Part shown: one piece after another, positions 50,320 to 63,264 of the stretch
How positions within the stretch are numbered: the first letter of the stretch is position 1
Layout of the letters: every line of letters starts with the position of its first letter
The notes under the pieces: model-generated
Databases searched by the model: none
Told to the model about the DNA's origin: nothing
What the model saw: only the letters and a program-made list of their open reading frames with translations
Program-made: the position numbers and the translations under genes
Assembly (NCBI RefSeq): GCF_004010195.1
Contig: NC_057745.1
Span: 1,384,640-1,448,639, forward strand
Reading direction: 5' to 3'
DNA from: Chiloscyllium plagiosum
Taxonomy: Eukaryota
DNA length: 64,000 nt

Positions 50320-51320
50320 GTAAGGCATAAAAAATATTAATTGTATTCATGGGAACTAAATTATATTCCTTCACTTTGATTTCCTATTATATATTCTTTG
50401 ATTCCTCCCTTTTTAGTTATTTGACTTGTTCAGATATGTTATGCTACACCTCTGGAGCAGGTGAGATTTGAGACTAGCTCTTCTGACCCAGAGGAAGTAA
50501 CACTACCACTGTGCCACAAGAGCCCAACACCTACCGTTTTATAATATCTAGTGGTAAAATGCGATCATGTGCTATGAAGCTGGGATCATCTACTATTATT
50601 ACAAGAATCTCAATATCGTTCAAGTAGTAACTATTTGTCGATCTGTCAAACTAGAACCTCTTAAAACAATAATATAAGAAATTTAGAGAGTGACACAATG
50701 GGTTAAGCTGTTATGTTTGAGTTAGAAGGTTGCATGTGAAGGTCTCACTCCAAAGATTGAGCACAAATCTAGCTTGACCTTCCCAGCCTGCAGGAAATGG
50801 GAGTGCTGCAATTTTGAAGACACTGTCTTTCAGAGGAGAAAAACCAAAGCCCTCTGCTGTTTGCCACCACAATTGGATGTAAATGATCCTAGGGCACCAT
50901 ACAAGGAAGAGAAGAAGTGTTCTCAGCAATCCTTGGACCACTGTTTCTCGCTAATATACTGATTGCTATTCCTGGTCAAATATGGGGTGAACTTGTAATT
51001 TTATATTAATGTCACCAGAAAACTTCACTGCTATTATGTGACTACAATTGATGTTACGCACCATTTATATTTCATAATGATCCTCCATTGACTGGATTTT
51101 GCTGGAAATTGTATACTGCAATTTTGGCCATTGGTTCTATTGCTATAATTTGTGGAGATACATTCTAAATAGATTTTGTAAACTGTAATGTGCTATTAGG
51201 AGGAGGTTACTGTTGTAAAATAGACCCTGTTGTGAGTCCTGACATAAGTTCCATCTGATCTGTTTGATAGGCATTGTGGTGTTAATAGGCACTCTTATAT
51301 TAACACTGTTTTTTTTTTAG

Positions 51321-51380
51321 TCTGTCCTATTGAACTTGGTGCAGAAGGAAGGAGGATCATCAGGCATGGACTTAGTAAGG
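51321..51380 (+). CDS. STRC: Stereocilin-family gene exon 5
   Basis: tttttag|...AGG|gtaatg; SVLLNLVQKEGGSSGMDLVR versus human [21 protein letters not shown]; phase 0/0. Confidence 0.85.
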
Positions 51381-51522
51381 GTAATGTATCAGTTATGACA
51401 AACATAATACAACTCATATCATGGGAATAACACAATGATCCACATTAAAGAGGGAAGCTTGCATTTGGAAGCTGATAAATGTTTATGAAGAAACTAGATA
51501 AATATGCCAGAGAGAAGTGAAA

Positions 51523-52282
51523 AGTCATGGAGATGTACAGCATGGGAACAGACCCTTCAGTCTAACTCGTCCATGCCAACTAGATATCCTAACCTAATCA
51601 AGTCCCATTTGCCAAGACTTGGCCCATATTCCTCTAAACTCTTCCTATTCATATACCCATCCAGATGTCTTTTAAATGCTGTAATTGTACCAGCCTCCTC
51701 CACTTCCTGTGGCAGCTCATTCCATACACGCACCACCCTCTGTGTGAAATTGTTGCCCCTTAGGTCCCTTTTATATCTTTCCCCTCCCACCTTAAATCTC
51801 TGCCCTCTAGTTCTGGACTCCTCCACCCCCAGGAGAAGACCTTGTCTATTTATCCTATCCATGCCCCTCATACTTTTATAAACCTCTATAAGGTCACCCC
51901 TCAGTCTCCAACGCTCCAGGGAAAACAGCCCCCGCCTATTCAGCCTCTCTGTATATCTCAAATCCTCCAACCCTGGCAACATTCTTGTAAATGTTTTCTG
52001 AACCATTTCAAGTTTCATATCATCCTTCCATTAGGAAGGAAACCAGAATTGCATGCAATATTCCAAAAGTGGCCTAACCAATGTTACAACATGACCTCCC
52101 AACTTCTATATTCAATGCTCTGACCAATAAAGGAAGGCATACCAAACATTTTCTTCACTGTCCAGTCTACCTGCACCTCTACTTTCATGGAACAATGAAC
52201 CTGCACTCCAAGGTCTCTTTGTTCAGCAAAACTCCCTGGGACTTTACCATTAAGTGCATAAGTCCTGCTCTGATTTGCTTTG
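51523..52282 (-). mobile_element. HER1/CR1 LINE 3' fragment
   Basis: ORF 51557-52018 (FTRMLPGLE...LRGDLIEVYK...WNELPQEV). Confidence 0.9.
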
Positions 52283-52489
52283 GATTTGATGAGGCGAAGT
52301 ACTTTGAGAGCAGGTTTAGTGCAGAGCAGACACACCAGCTCGGGTCAGTAGGTTGGAATAGCCTGTTTCTATCCTCCATGTCCCATACTGAGCTGTACGT
52401 TTATTTACTAAGACATTGGGCCAACTAGAACTTGTGTGAGAGGGCAGAAGAGATATAAGGAACAGTATAGATGCAAATGTGTGATGCGT

Positions 52490-53635
52490 TACATAAGAAC
52501 TAGGTGCAGAAGTAGGCCATCTTCACATTCATTAAGATCATGGCTAATCTTTTTGCCAATTCAGCTCCACTTACCCGCGCTCTCACCGTATCCCTTAATT
52601 CCTTTATTGTCCAAAAAAAAACTTAGCTTTAAAAGCGTTAACTGAAATAGTGTCAACTATTTCACTGGGCAAGGAATTTCCTAGATTTACAACCCTCTGG
52701 GTGAAGAAGTTTTTAAATTCAGTCCTAAATCTGCTCCCCTTAATTTTGAGGCTATGCCCCCTTGTCCTAGTTTCACCTGCCAGTGGAAACATCCTCTCTA
52801 CTTTTATCTTATCTATCCCTTTTGTTAATTTTTATATTTCTATAAGATGCCCCCTCATTCTTCTAAATTCCAATGAATATAATCCCAGTCTACTCAGTCT
52901 CTCCTCATAAGCCATACCCCTCAGCTCCGAAATCAACCTAGTTGAACCTCTGCTGCTTCTCCTCTAGTGCCAGTCCATCCTTTCTCAAGTAGAGAGATCA
53001 AACCTGCACTCAGCGGCCTCATCAGTGCCCTGTACAGCTGCACCATAACCTCCCTGCTTTTAAACTCAATCCCTTTAGCAATGAAGGACAAAATTCCATT
53101 TGCCTTCCTAATTACTTGTACCTGGAGACCAACCCTCTGTGATTCATACACACAGACACCCAAGTCCTTCTGCATAGCAGCATGCTGCAACTTTTTGCCA
53201 AACAAGTAGTAATCCTTTTTACTATTACTCTTACCTTTAAAGGACTAGCTTTTACTTTAGCCACTCTTTTTCGTTTGATATATTTATAGAAACATTTGCT
53301 ATCTGACTTTATATTCTGTTCTAGTTTTTTCTCATGTTCTATCTTACTTTTCGATGTAATTATTTTTGTGGCTTTCTGTTGACCTTTAAAGTTTTCCCAA
53401 TCTTCTAGTTTCCTGCTATTCCTGGCCACTTTGTATGCCTTCTTTTTCAATTTGATAGCCTCCCTCATTTCCTTAGACACCCCTTTTTCTTACAGTCCTT
53501 CTTTTTCACTGGGATATACTTTGGCTGAGCATTTTGAAAAATTGCTTTGAAAGTCCTCCACTGCTCATCAACTGTCCCACCATAAAATCTTTGTTTCCAG
53601 TCTACTTTAGCCAAGTCCTCCCTCATTCTGTTGTT
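52490..53635 (-). mobile_element. CR1 LINE fragments (second subfamily) with internal deletion
   Basis: ORFs KDLGVCV...IRKANGILSFIAKGIEFKSREVM, TRGHSLKIKG, and KKKAYKVAR...KCFYKYIKRKR. Confidence 0.8.
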
Positions 53636-54245
53636 CAGTTTCCTCTCGCACCCTGTACATGGTAATTATTTGTGTATCCTGAAATGAAATGGTAGATTCT
53701 GAAGTCAGAGGCCCATCCTATAGTCATAGCGGACCAAGCCAATTCCAGGGGCTATATCCTGAAGCCAGGCAGTTTCATCTTCCAGTGGTGAGCATTGTGT
53801 TTTGAGCTTCCAGTATATGTGGTCAGTCATAAATATCTTCTGAACTGCAAGTCTGCAATTAGATAAGTTATTCCTGGTCCTTACAAGGGATATCATGAGA
53901 TCTGTAATAATCCCTCTTGTATTTCTTTTTCATGTCTTTGTCTTGTTGGAATTTGTGCGCCTTAAGAATCGAATGGGCCGTTGTCTCAATGGTGGGCAAA
54001 TTCTAAATCAGAAATTAATATCTCTGTCTCTATGTCAGCAACTTGCCATCTATGGAAGTTTAGTTATGCTGCTTTTGATTTAAACATTATACATAGCTCG
54101 CAATGCTCCATATTACATACCCATACAGCACAGTGGAACTAAATCAGTGCCAATACAATTGTATGTTTTTATCCAGGTAGTAGCCCTATAGAAATTACTG
54201 TTGTTGTGTTTCTCACTGATTTTTTTTCTTGCCCTCCAAAAACAG

Positions 54246-54356
54246 GAGTATCTGAAACTTTCTGCGGTCGATCTTGAAGGGGTGCTTTTTGCACTCGACA
54301 TTCAAGCTGCAAAGCAGCTCCTACAGCTTTTAAACACAAACTGGAATGGTTTGCAG
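54246..54356 (+). CDS. STRC: Stereocilin-family gene exon 6
   Basis: aacag|GAG...CAG|gtgtgt; EYLKLSAVDLEGVLFALDIQAAKQLLQLLNTNWNGLQ versus human [26 protein letters not shown]; phase 0/0. Confidence 0.85.
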
Positions 54357-55679
54357 GTGTGTTATTTGATGCCATTTATTATTAACCTCTTGACATGCAC
54401 AGCATTAAGTTAACCAGAAAACACTTTTTTGCAATATCACTACTAAAGAGAATCAAAGCATATGTGAGTTTTTTTAATCCATTTTAAGTATTTAGTTAGT
54501 GGTCTCCTACTCTAGGCCCCATTGTGTCTAGCTGAAAAGAAGATACAATCTGAAAATGGAGAGATTTGCAATTCTTGCTGCTCTTTTCACAATTTCGTGA
54601 TGTCCTTGTGTGCGAAGTAGCCAATGAAATTTTGAAGTATAGGAATTGTAACATAAATGTAGCACGTAATTTGTAACCAACTTCTGGAACCAACAATGCA
54701 GTAATGGCCTTACCTGTTATAATAATGTTAGCAGAGGGATGGATATTGGCCATGCATCTGGGATAGCTCCCCTGCTCCTCTTCCTAGTAATGTCATAGGA
54801 TCTACTTGAGCTTGAAGATGGGACTTTGGTTTAACATATCATTTGAAAGATACCAACTCTGACAATCCTGCATTCTCTCAGTGCTGTACTGAGAGTGACA
54901 AGTCTCTGGCTGTCTGATACAGAGGTGGGTGTGATACCCAAGGTATCACCAGCTTTGATACTTGAATGAATTTGTGGTGACTCACCTATTGACTTATCTC
55001 CTTTCCCTGGCTTGTGATCCCTTGTGAGAGATCCTTTTACAAAGGTTCAGTTAAGGGCCACTATTCGTTATGAGGCAATTAAATGCTTCCTACTTAATTG
55101 GATATAAATTGCACATATTAATATGGAAAGGTAATATCAAACCAGTTGATAAAAAAAGATCAAGAATGAACATTAAGTGAGTAGAACTGCTGAAGTGTCA
55201 TGTGCAACTGCAGAATCCTAACACTTCCTCTGACTAACAATATATCCCCCTGGGTGGGCTCACCTCACCAACCATGTAGACTTACTTCCATTAAAGGTGA
55301 CCTACATGATTTATATATAATTACTTAATACTGAATGTTCGAAATGTGGTACTTGTGATATAGTAGCAATTAAGGATCTGTGTTTTATCTATATATGGCA
55401 ACTTCATTGCTCCTTATACTGCCCAGATCTCTTGTGGATTGTCTGACATTGATTGAGAAAAGATGTGATGTTATTCAGCAAAGCAAGATAGAGAAGTGTT
55501 ATTTAAAAGCAGAGTGATCCCCAGTGAGTGAAAGACATCTATTAAGATCATGCAATGGAATCTTTAAACTTCAAAATTTTATACATTATATAAATATTGA
55601 TTTTCAATTTGAAGTATGTTTAATTTTTCTGATTCTGAAATAGTGATTTTTACTTTAAGAGTTCTGGTTTTAATTTCAG

Positions 55680-55834
55680 ATTCAGGATGATTTGAAGCGA
55701 GTCATGGCGGCTATTTACTTCAACAGAATCCTGCTTGTCGATCCAAATATCTTTCCAGAGTTTGATAATTTCCTACCACTTCTGTCAGCATCTGAGATCC
55801 AAGCTCTTCCAGCAATCTTGGACAAAGAGCAAGT
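55680..55834 (+). CDS. STRC: Stereocilin-family gene exon 7
   Basis: tttcag|ATT (or in-frame 55686)...GT|gtgcgt; IQDDLKRVMAAIYFNRILLVDPNIFPEFDNFLPLLSASEIQALPAILDKEQ(V) versus human [22 protein letters not shown]; phase 0/2. Confidence 0.82.
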
Positions 55835-56133
55835 GTGCGTTGCACATCCTGTCAACGGCTTAAGATCTGTGTTTGATTATTTGTGTCATTTCTTTATTGT
55901 TTGTTATCTTCCTCTTTGTGTTACAATGGTGTTATGTGTTCACAAAGATTATCATTGACTGATAATAGTTAAAAATCATAAATATAATTGTGATACTATA
56001 TCACTATATTTGTACAATTAAATTTGGGGATTTGCAAGAGGTCACAATTAGAGGAGCACATAAATCTGAGGGTTATGTAGCTCAACGAGGTTAGAGATTG
56101 AGAGAGAGTATGGGGCCATGGAATGATTTGAAA

Positions 56134-57475
56134 TAGAGTCATAGAGATGTACAGCATGGAAACAGACCCTTCGGTCCAACTCGTCCATGCCGACCAGATA
56201 TTCCAACCCAATCTAGTCCTACCTGCCAGCACCCAGCCCATATCCCTAAAACCCTTCCTATTCATATACCCATCCGACTGCCTCTTAAATGTTGCAATTG
56301 TACCAGCCTCCACCACTTCCTCTGGCAGCTCATTCCATACACATACCATCCTCTGTGTGAAAACGTTGCCCCATAGGTCTCTTTTATATCTTTCCCCTCT
56401 CACCCTAAACCTATGCCCTCTAGTTCTGGACCCCCCGACCCCAGAGAAAAGACTTTACCTATTTACCCTATTCATGCCCCTCATAATTTTGTAAACCTCT
56501 ATAAGGTCACCCCTCAGCCTCTGATGCTCCAGGGAAAACAGCCCCAGTCTGTTCAGGAACTCCCGTAGCTCAAATCTTCCAACCCTGGCAACATCCTTGT
56601 AAATCTTTTCCGAACCCTTTCAAGTTTCACAGCATCTTTCCGATAGGAAGGAGACCAGAATTCCACGCAATATTCCAACACTGGCGTAACTAATGTCCTG
56701 TACAGCCGCAACATGACCTCCCAACTCCTGTACTCATTATTCTGACCAATAAAGGAAAGCATACCAGACACCACCTTCACTATCCTATCTACCTGCGACT
56801 CTACTTTCACAGAGCTATGAACCTGCACTCTAAGGTCTCTATGTTCAGCAACACTCCCTAGGACCTTACCATAAGTCCTGCTCAGATTTGCTTTACCAAA
56901 ATGCAGCACCTCACATTTATCTGAACTAAACTCCATCTGCCACTTCTCAGCCCATTAGCCCATCTAGTCAAGATCCTGCTGTAATCTGAGGTAACCCTCT
57001 TCACTGTCCACTACACCTCCAGTTTTGGTGTCCTCTGCAAACTTACTAACTGTACCTCTTATGCTCGCATCCAAATCATTTATGTAAATGACAAAAAGTA
57101 GAGGACCCAGCACCGATCCTTGTGGCACTCCACTGGTCACAGGCCTCCAGTCTGAAAAACAACCCTCCAGCACCACCCTCTGTCTTCTACCTTTGAGCCA
57201 GTTCTGTATCCAAATGGCTAGTTCTCCCTGTATTCAATGAGATCTAACCTTGCTAATCAGTCTCCCATGGAGAACCTTGTCAAACACCTTACTGAAGTCC
57301 ATATTGATCACATTTACCGCTCTGTCCTCATCAATCCTCTTTGTTACTTCCTCAAAAATCTCAATCAAGTTTGTGAGACATGATTTCCCACGCACAAAGC
57401 CATGTTGACTATCCCTAATCAGTGTTTACCTTTCCAAATACATGTACATCCTGTACCTCAGGATTCCCTGAAGGA
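56134..57475 (-). mobile_element. HER1/CR1 LINE 3' fragment, young-looking
   Basis: [22 protein letters not shown]...SKFAEDTK; DKCEVLHFG; CR1 tail at ~56134. Confidence 0.92.
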
Positions 57476-57619
57476 TATGATTTTAAAACTTGAGGCATTC
57501 TGGCCTCTGAGTCATTGTAGGTCAGCAAACACAGGGACTTGGAAACAGACTCAGATACACACATGAATTCTGATGAGTTCCAGTTTACAGAGAAAATAAG
57601 ACTCATGTATATCGCAGGC

Positions 57620-57839
57620 TAGGAGAAAGTGAGGACTGCAGATGCTGGAGATCAGAGCTGAAAATGTGTTGCTGGAAAAGCGCAGCAGGTCAGGCAGCAT
57701 CCAAGGAGCAGGAGAATCGACGTTTCGGGCATGATCCCTTCAGGAATCCTGAAGAAGGGCTCATGATCGAAACGTCGATTCTCCTGCTCCTTGGATGCTG
57801 CCTGAGCTGCTGTGCTTTTCCAGCAACACATTTTCAGCA
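57620..57839. mobile_element. Palindromic Penelope pLTR relic, 11-bp TSD, with hammerhead motif 57745-57780
   Basis: 57657-57838 near-perfect inverted repeat; TSD ATATCGCAGGC at 57609-57619 and 57840-57850; aatc-CTGAAGA...GAAA-cGTC-gatt (stem II mutated). Confidence 0.8.
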
Positions 57840-58143
57840 ATATCGCAGGCGAACCCTGTTATCAGGTTCACGGAGATAGGATTGTTTATCTTTGTATCAG
57901 CGCAGCGAGTGAACATGCCTAATGAATATGCCTCACATAGAACGTCCAACAAATGCAATTTTTATGACTTTTGTGTTAGATGGCCATATCAATGTCAATT
58001 TAAAAGGTATGTACTCTCAATTTAAGCCAAATGCAGTCACTTGTTTTGATAAAATCCACGCATGGTCAACTGTTGTCGAGTTTGCTGTTTGGTAAAGGGT
58101 ATTATAGCAGGCTCTGCCCTTACAGTTTCTTTTATGTTTCCAG

Positions 58144-58330
58144 ATTGTACATGGTTAATCAAAGCTTTGGAAAACTGTCCAGTGACCAGAGACGAGCCTT
58201 TGCCCAATGGGCAGTGGATTCTGGGCAGTATAGCAATATCACCACATGGTCTTTGAAATTCCTGCATCAAGTCAGTAGCCTGCTGGTATACCTACCGTTT
58301 GAAAAATTTCAGCTTCTGACCCGACTACAG
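58144..58330 (+). CDS. STRC: Stereocilin-family gene exon 8
   Basis: tttccag|A...CAG|gtacta; LYMVNQSFGKLSSDQRRAFAQW...ITTWSLKFLHQVSSLLVYLPFEKFQLLTRLQ versus human [31 protein letters not shown]; phase 2/0. Confidence 0.9.
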
Positions 58331-58932
58331 GTACTACAACACAGGAATAAAAAGAGAATTTCTGTGGCAGTGTTTACATTAGGGCATCCTCTGACACTCT
58401 ATGATAGCAGTACAGAGGTATGTTTGAAGCACACAAGACCCTCTCAGACATGTTTGTTCATGAGCATATCATTTTTTAATGTTTCAGGAACATGCATTGA
58501 TCATTTGACTGTGACAAATTACCTTACACTTTTTCAGAACAATAATACAGGATCCTTTGCCTCCATCTGAGAGGATTGATTAAACCTAAGTTTATGATCT
58601 TATCCAAAATTTAGTGTTTTGAGAGTGCAGCACGTCATCATTACTGCATTGTAGCATCTGTCTAGATCTTGTGTTCAAGTGTCCGGAATGGGATGTTACC
58701 ATGCAAATGCTCCCACCTTCCTGCAAATCCCTTCCCTTTCCCATCTTTGTGTCAGGAAATGATTTGCTGTCAAGTTCCTAACAGTAATTTACTCTCTTGT
58801 TTGCATAGTCTATGAGACTGCTAACTGATGGAGTTTGTTATGTGGACTGTTTGTGCTAGTTACAATTCTCTGATATGGAACTACTGAGTGAGCTGACTGC
58901 TTTCCTTAATCTTTTTTTTATTGTATTCCCAG

Positions 58933-59048
58933 ATACTCAACTCATTGAATGTGCTGTTGATGAATAATTTAACTACAGTCCAGGAAAGGTTTGTCATTCA
59001 TAGCATCTTAAAAGAGGGAAGTGCAATGACAGCTGCTGAGTTTGAGTC
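58933..59048 (+). CDS. STRC: Stereocilin-family gene exon 9
   Basis: cccag|ATA...TC|gtaagt; ILNSLNVLLMNNLTTVQERFVIHSILKEGSAMTAAEFE(S); phase 0/2 fits both neighbours. Confidence 0.85.
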
Positions 59049-59694
59049 GTAAGTAATGCAGTCACTTGAGAGACTTACTGATGACTTACTGATTTTCGGC
59101 TGGAAATTAGGTGCTAGTTGGATGTGTGAGCTTTGGCAATGTTGTAGAGAAGATCAATAAGTAAGGTTCTAAGGAATGTGCGAGGAGACAAGGTTAGGCT
59201 ATCAGGCTCAAGATGATCCAGTTGAGGGACCTTGTTGAACGCAGAAAACAATGAGTGGCTTAGTTAAGATACACTGAGTCCTCACCATCCACTTCCCATG
59301 AATACTGAAAAAAATTTAGATACTGTTAATCCCCTCTCCCATATGCCGCCACCTAATATACACCCAATGAAATCAAAACATGCTTTATTCTCTTGGAAAA
59401 GCATGAAAGCGTTTTAATAAACACATTTAAATTAATTTTAACTAATCACTTCTGTTACTCTAGACATTGTACTGTAATGTTGCCGAGCATAAAGATCTTG
59501 TATAATCTGCCATCCCAAAACCATGTCTGTTCTTCATGAAGCATGTCTGCTTCTGCTTTCAATCTGTTGATGATCTATCCAGATACTGACAGCGCTGTTG
59601 TAACCTTTGAGTTGTTGCAGTCACTGAGATTCCCATTTGCAGATTGACAACTACGTTTCACCTCAAAATGACCTTCGTTGTCCAGATCTGAAAC

Positions 59695-60042
59695 ATAGGA
59701 TCCCTGCAGTGTGGGAAGAGGCCATTCAGTTGATTAGGTCTGCACTGACCCTCCGAACAGCATTCCACACAAACCAAGCCTCAGCCTCCTACCCTATCCC
59801 CGTGACTCCGCTTCTACCCTGCTAATTCACCTAGCCTGCACACAATGGACAATTTAGCATAGCCAATCCATGTAATCTGCACATCTTTGGACTGTGGAAT
59901 GAAACTTGAGTATTTGGCAGAAGCCCATGCAGAAATAGGGAAAATGTGCAAACTTCACACACAGTCGCTCAAAGCTGGAATCGACTCCAGGTCCCTGGCG
60001 CTGTGAGGCAGCAGTGCTAACCACTGAACCATCATGCTGCCC
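59695..60042 (-). mobile_element. HE1-type SINE, diverged
   Basis: Reverse complement of the HE1 head and body. Confidence 0.8.
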
Positions 60043-60883
60043 CTATCTTGTTGATCTTCTGAACTCTGATAGTGTTCTTACCATGTGTATACTGCTTTGT
60101 TGCTATCCTGTCGATTCCAGGTGCCAGGTTTGCCTTCAGTTTTTTTCTTGGCTCTTTGAATCCCTGATCTGATTGCTTCCCAGTGGACATCCCATGCTGC
60201 AGTGCTGTCACTGAACGCAAATAAGGAACTGGGGTCATGTTGAGGATCTCCTAAAAGAGTTCCACTCTTTTTATGTCCTTTTTGATTGTCCAGCAGCTGA
60301 GCATCCTTACCTTTGATTGAAAAATGTGTTGCTGGAAAAGCGCAGCAGGTCAGGCAGCATCCAAGGAGCAGGAGAATCGACGTTTCGGGCATAAGCCCTT
60401 CTTCAGAACCTTTGGTTCACTAGTGTTGCTCTTGACGTGGTCAGCCCCAGTACCGCATCTTGGAGTCATTCTGATGCATACTTCTGTGGTGCCCTGTCTT
60501 TTAACTCTTGTTTTTATTTCCTGCAACTCTTCTTTGCTATTCCCAGTCTTTTGTACTGAATAATATAACTAGAGGTTAGTAAAAATTAAAAAATTAAAAC
60601 TTTTAAAAAGTTACATATAGTGCTTGAAGAAACTCCTGGCTAAATGCATGTTCTTGATCAGTTTGGATTGGTATGGATTCATAACCTTGAAGTACAAGGC
60701 ACAGCAGCTTCAGTAGACTATGTGATCTTTCCTAGCCCTTGAATTTTCTTTAATTTCTTCCTATTCAAGTATTCTCCCTTTTAAAGGAATGGGTAAATAA
60801 ATGTTGCAGACAATTGAAAAATAGATGCATCCCTTCTTAATTTAACAGGTATCTCTCACTGGTATTTTTTTTCCCATTTTTAG

Positions 60884-61016
60884 ACTGGGCAGATTGATGT
60901 GTTCTGCAACTACTCAGGACCTAAGATTCTACAAACAGAATCTGCAAGTGTTTGATATCATCAAGAAACAGATACTGAAATGCATTGGGGATCAAATCTT
61001 TGTTCCTAATGAATTG
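60884..61016 (+). CDS. STRC: Stereocilin-family gene exon 10 (gene continues beyond window)
   Basis: ttttag|A...TTG|gtgagt; LGRLMCSATTQDLRFY...IIKKQILKCIGDQIFVPNEL versus human LGPLACFLSPEELQ...VERGLLECAANG; phase 2/0. Confidence 0.87.
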
Positions 61017-61054
61017 GTGAGTTAACCTCTATCATTGAGATCCTGTCCAGACCC

Positions 61055-62395
61055 TAATCCAATTGTTGGAGATAATCCTGAGGGACAAAGTTTGCGTATA
61101 TATGGAAAGAGAAGGACTGATTAGGGATAGTCAACATGACATTGTGCATGGGATATCATGTCTCACTAATTTGAGTTTTTTGAAGAAGTAACAAAGACGA
61201 TTGATGAGGGCAGGCGGTGAACATGATCTCTTAGGACTTCAGTAAGGTGTTCGACAAGGTTCCTCGTGGTAGACTGGTTAGTGAGGTTAGATCACATGGA
61301 ATACAGGGAGAACTAGCAATTTGGATATAGAAGTGGCTCGAAGGTAGAAGACAAAGGGTGGTGGTGGAGGGTTGTTTTTAAAACTGAAGGCCTGTGACCA
61401 ACGGCATGCACAAGGATCAGTGCTGGGTCCACTGCTTTTCATCATTTATATAAATGATTTTGATGTGAACATAGGAGGTATGCTTAGTAAGTTTATAGAT
61501 GACATCAGAATTGGAAATGTAGTGGACAGCGAAGATGGTTACCTCAGAGTACAATGGGATCTTGATCAGATGGGCCAATGGACTGAGGAGTGTCATGTTG
61601 AGTTTAATTTAAATAAATGTGAGGTGCTGCATTTTTGAAAGGCAAATCAGGGCAGGGCTTAGACATTTAATGGTAAGGTTCTGGGGAGTGTTACTGAGCA
61701 AAGAGACTTTGCAGTGCAGGTTCATAGTTCCTTAAAAGTGTATTGGCAGGTAGATCGGATAGTAAGAAGGCGTTTGATGTGCTTATCTTTATTGGTCTGT
61801 GCATTGAGTCTGGGGTTTAAGAGGTCATATTGCGGCTGTACAGGACATTGGTTATGCCACTTTTGGAATATTGCATGGCAATTCTGGTCTCCTTCCTTTC
61901 GGAAGGATGTTATGAAACTTGAAAGAGTTCAGAAGAGGTTTACAAGGATGTTGCCAGGGTTGGAGGATTTGAGATAAAGGGAGAGGCTGAATCGGCTGGG
62001 TCTTTTTTCCCTGGAGTGTCTGAGGCTGATGGGTGACCTTACATAGACTTATAAAATCATGAGGGGTGATTAGACAAGGTCTTTTCCCTGGGATGGGGGA
62101 GTCCAAAACTAGACGGCATAGATTTAAGATGAGAGGTGAAGGATTTAAAAGGGAGCTAAGGGGCAATATTTTCACCCAGAGGGTGGTGTGTGTATGGAAT
62201 GGGCTGCTAGAGGAAGTGGTAGAGGCTGGTACAATTACAACATTTAAAAGGCCTCTGGATAGGTATATGAATAACAAGGGTTTAGCAGGATATGGGCCAA
62301 GTACTGGTAAATGAGACTAGATTAATGTAGGATATCTGGTCGGCATGGACGAGTTGGAAAGGGTCTGTTTCCATGCTGGACACCTCTATGACTCT
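61055..62395 (+). mobile_element. HER1/CR1 LINE 3' fragment
   Basis: [18 protein letters not shown]...KCEVLHF...WSPSFRKD...WNGLLEEVV; CTCTATGACTCT tail. Confidence 0.9.
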
Positions 62396-62804
62396 GGGTA
62401 ATATTCTTGCTAGAAGTGTGAGCTGATAATTATACCACGAGAGCAACAGGACATTGGGGACCTTTGTGAATGATGGAGCCATCAATCTTACTCCTTGAGA
62501 AATAACAGTCACAAAACAGAAAGAAATCAGGTGAATTAGTCATATCAGAACAACAGAGAGGGCGAGATTGGTATCAAAGAAAGAAAGAACCAGAAATGCA
62601 ATAGAAGAAAAAATAGATTTTGCTTGTTAAAAATCTCTAGCAGTTCCTGAGCCAGTGAGATTTAGTAGTGGCATTGCCTTAACACTTGTCATGTCATCAA
62701 ATCATACAGCACAGCCCAACTCCTCATTCCGACCAGGTTTCCTAAACTGAATTATTCCCACTTGCCTGTATTTGGCTCATATCCATCTCAGCCTTTCCTA
62801 TCCA

Positions 62805-63264
62805 AGGTTACAAATCACACAACACCAAGTGAAACTATCACTGTATTCTAACAGATGAAAGGCTTAACAGACAATCAGTTTTTCAATGTATAATTTCAGT
62901 TACATCACACTGTAAATTGTTGCTATAAATTCTGTGTGTTAGGATTGAGCCCTCCACTATCACCTGATGAAGGAGCATCGCTCTGAAAGCTAGTGTGCTT
63001 CCAATTAAACCTGTTGGACTATAACCTGGTGTTGTGTGATTTTTAACTTTGTACACCCCAGTCCAACATCAGCATCTCCAAATCAGGTAATAGTCCAACA
63101 GGTTTAATTGGAAGCACTAGCTTTTGGAGCGCCGTAACCACCTGATGAAGGAGCGGCGCTCCGAAAGCTAGTGTGCTTCCAATTAAACCTGTTGGACTAT
63201 AACCTGATATTGTGTGATTTGTAACTTGTGTACACCCCAGTCCAACACCAGCATCTCCAAATCA
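62805..63264 (+). mobile_element. Tandem/inverted Penelope-type pLTR insertion with two hammerhead motifs, nested in a HER1 3' end, 11-bp TSD
   Basis: Direct repeats ~62961-63084 and ~63139-63264 with short inverted pieces; TSD TTTCCTATCCA at 62794-62804 and 63265-63275. Confidence 0.78.
63139..63173 (+). ncRNA. Minimal hammerhead ribozyme motif (second copy at 62961-62995)
   Basis: cac-CTGATGA-a-GGAGC-ggc-GCTCC-GAAA-gCTA-gtg: stem I cac/gtg, 5-bp stem II, palindromic AGCT stem III. Confidence 0.65.

Noticed and set aside
47197-50340. 1047-aa ORF as a single gene
   Set aside because: The N-terminal 112 aa are the antisense of a CR1 LINE, then 500 N follow. Only 48033-50319 is a real exon.
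58031-58570. 179-aa ORF as a standalone gene
   Set aside because: It is STRC exon 8 (58144-58330) extended by intronic read-through on both sides.
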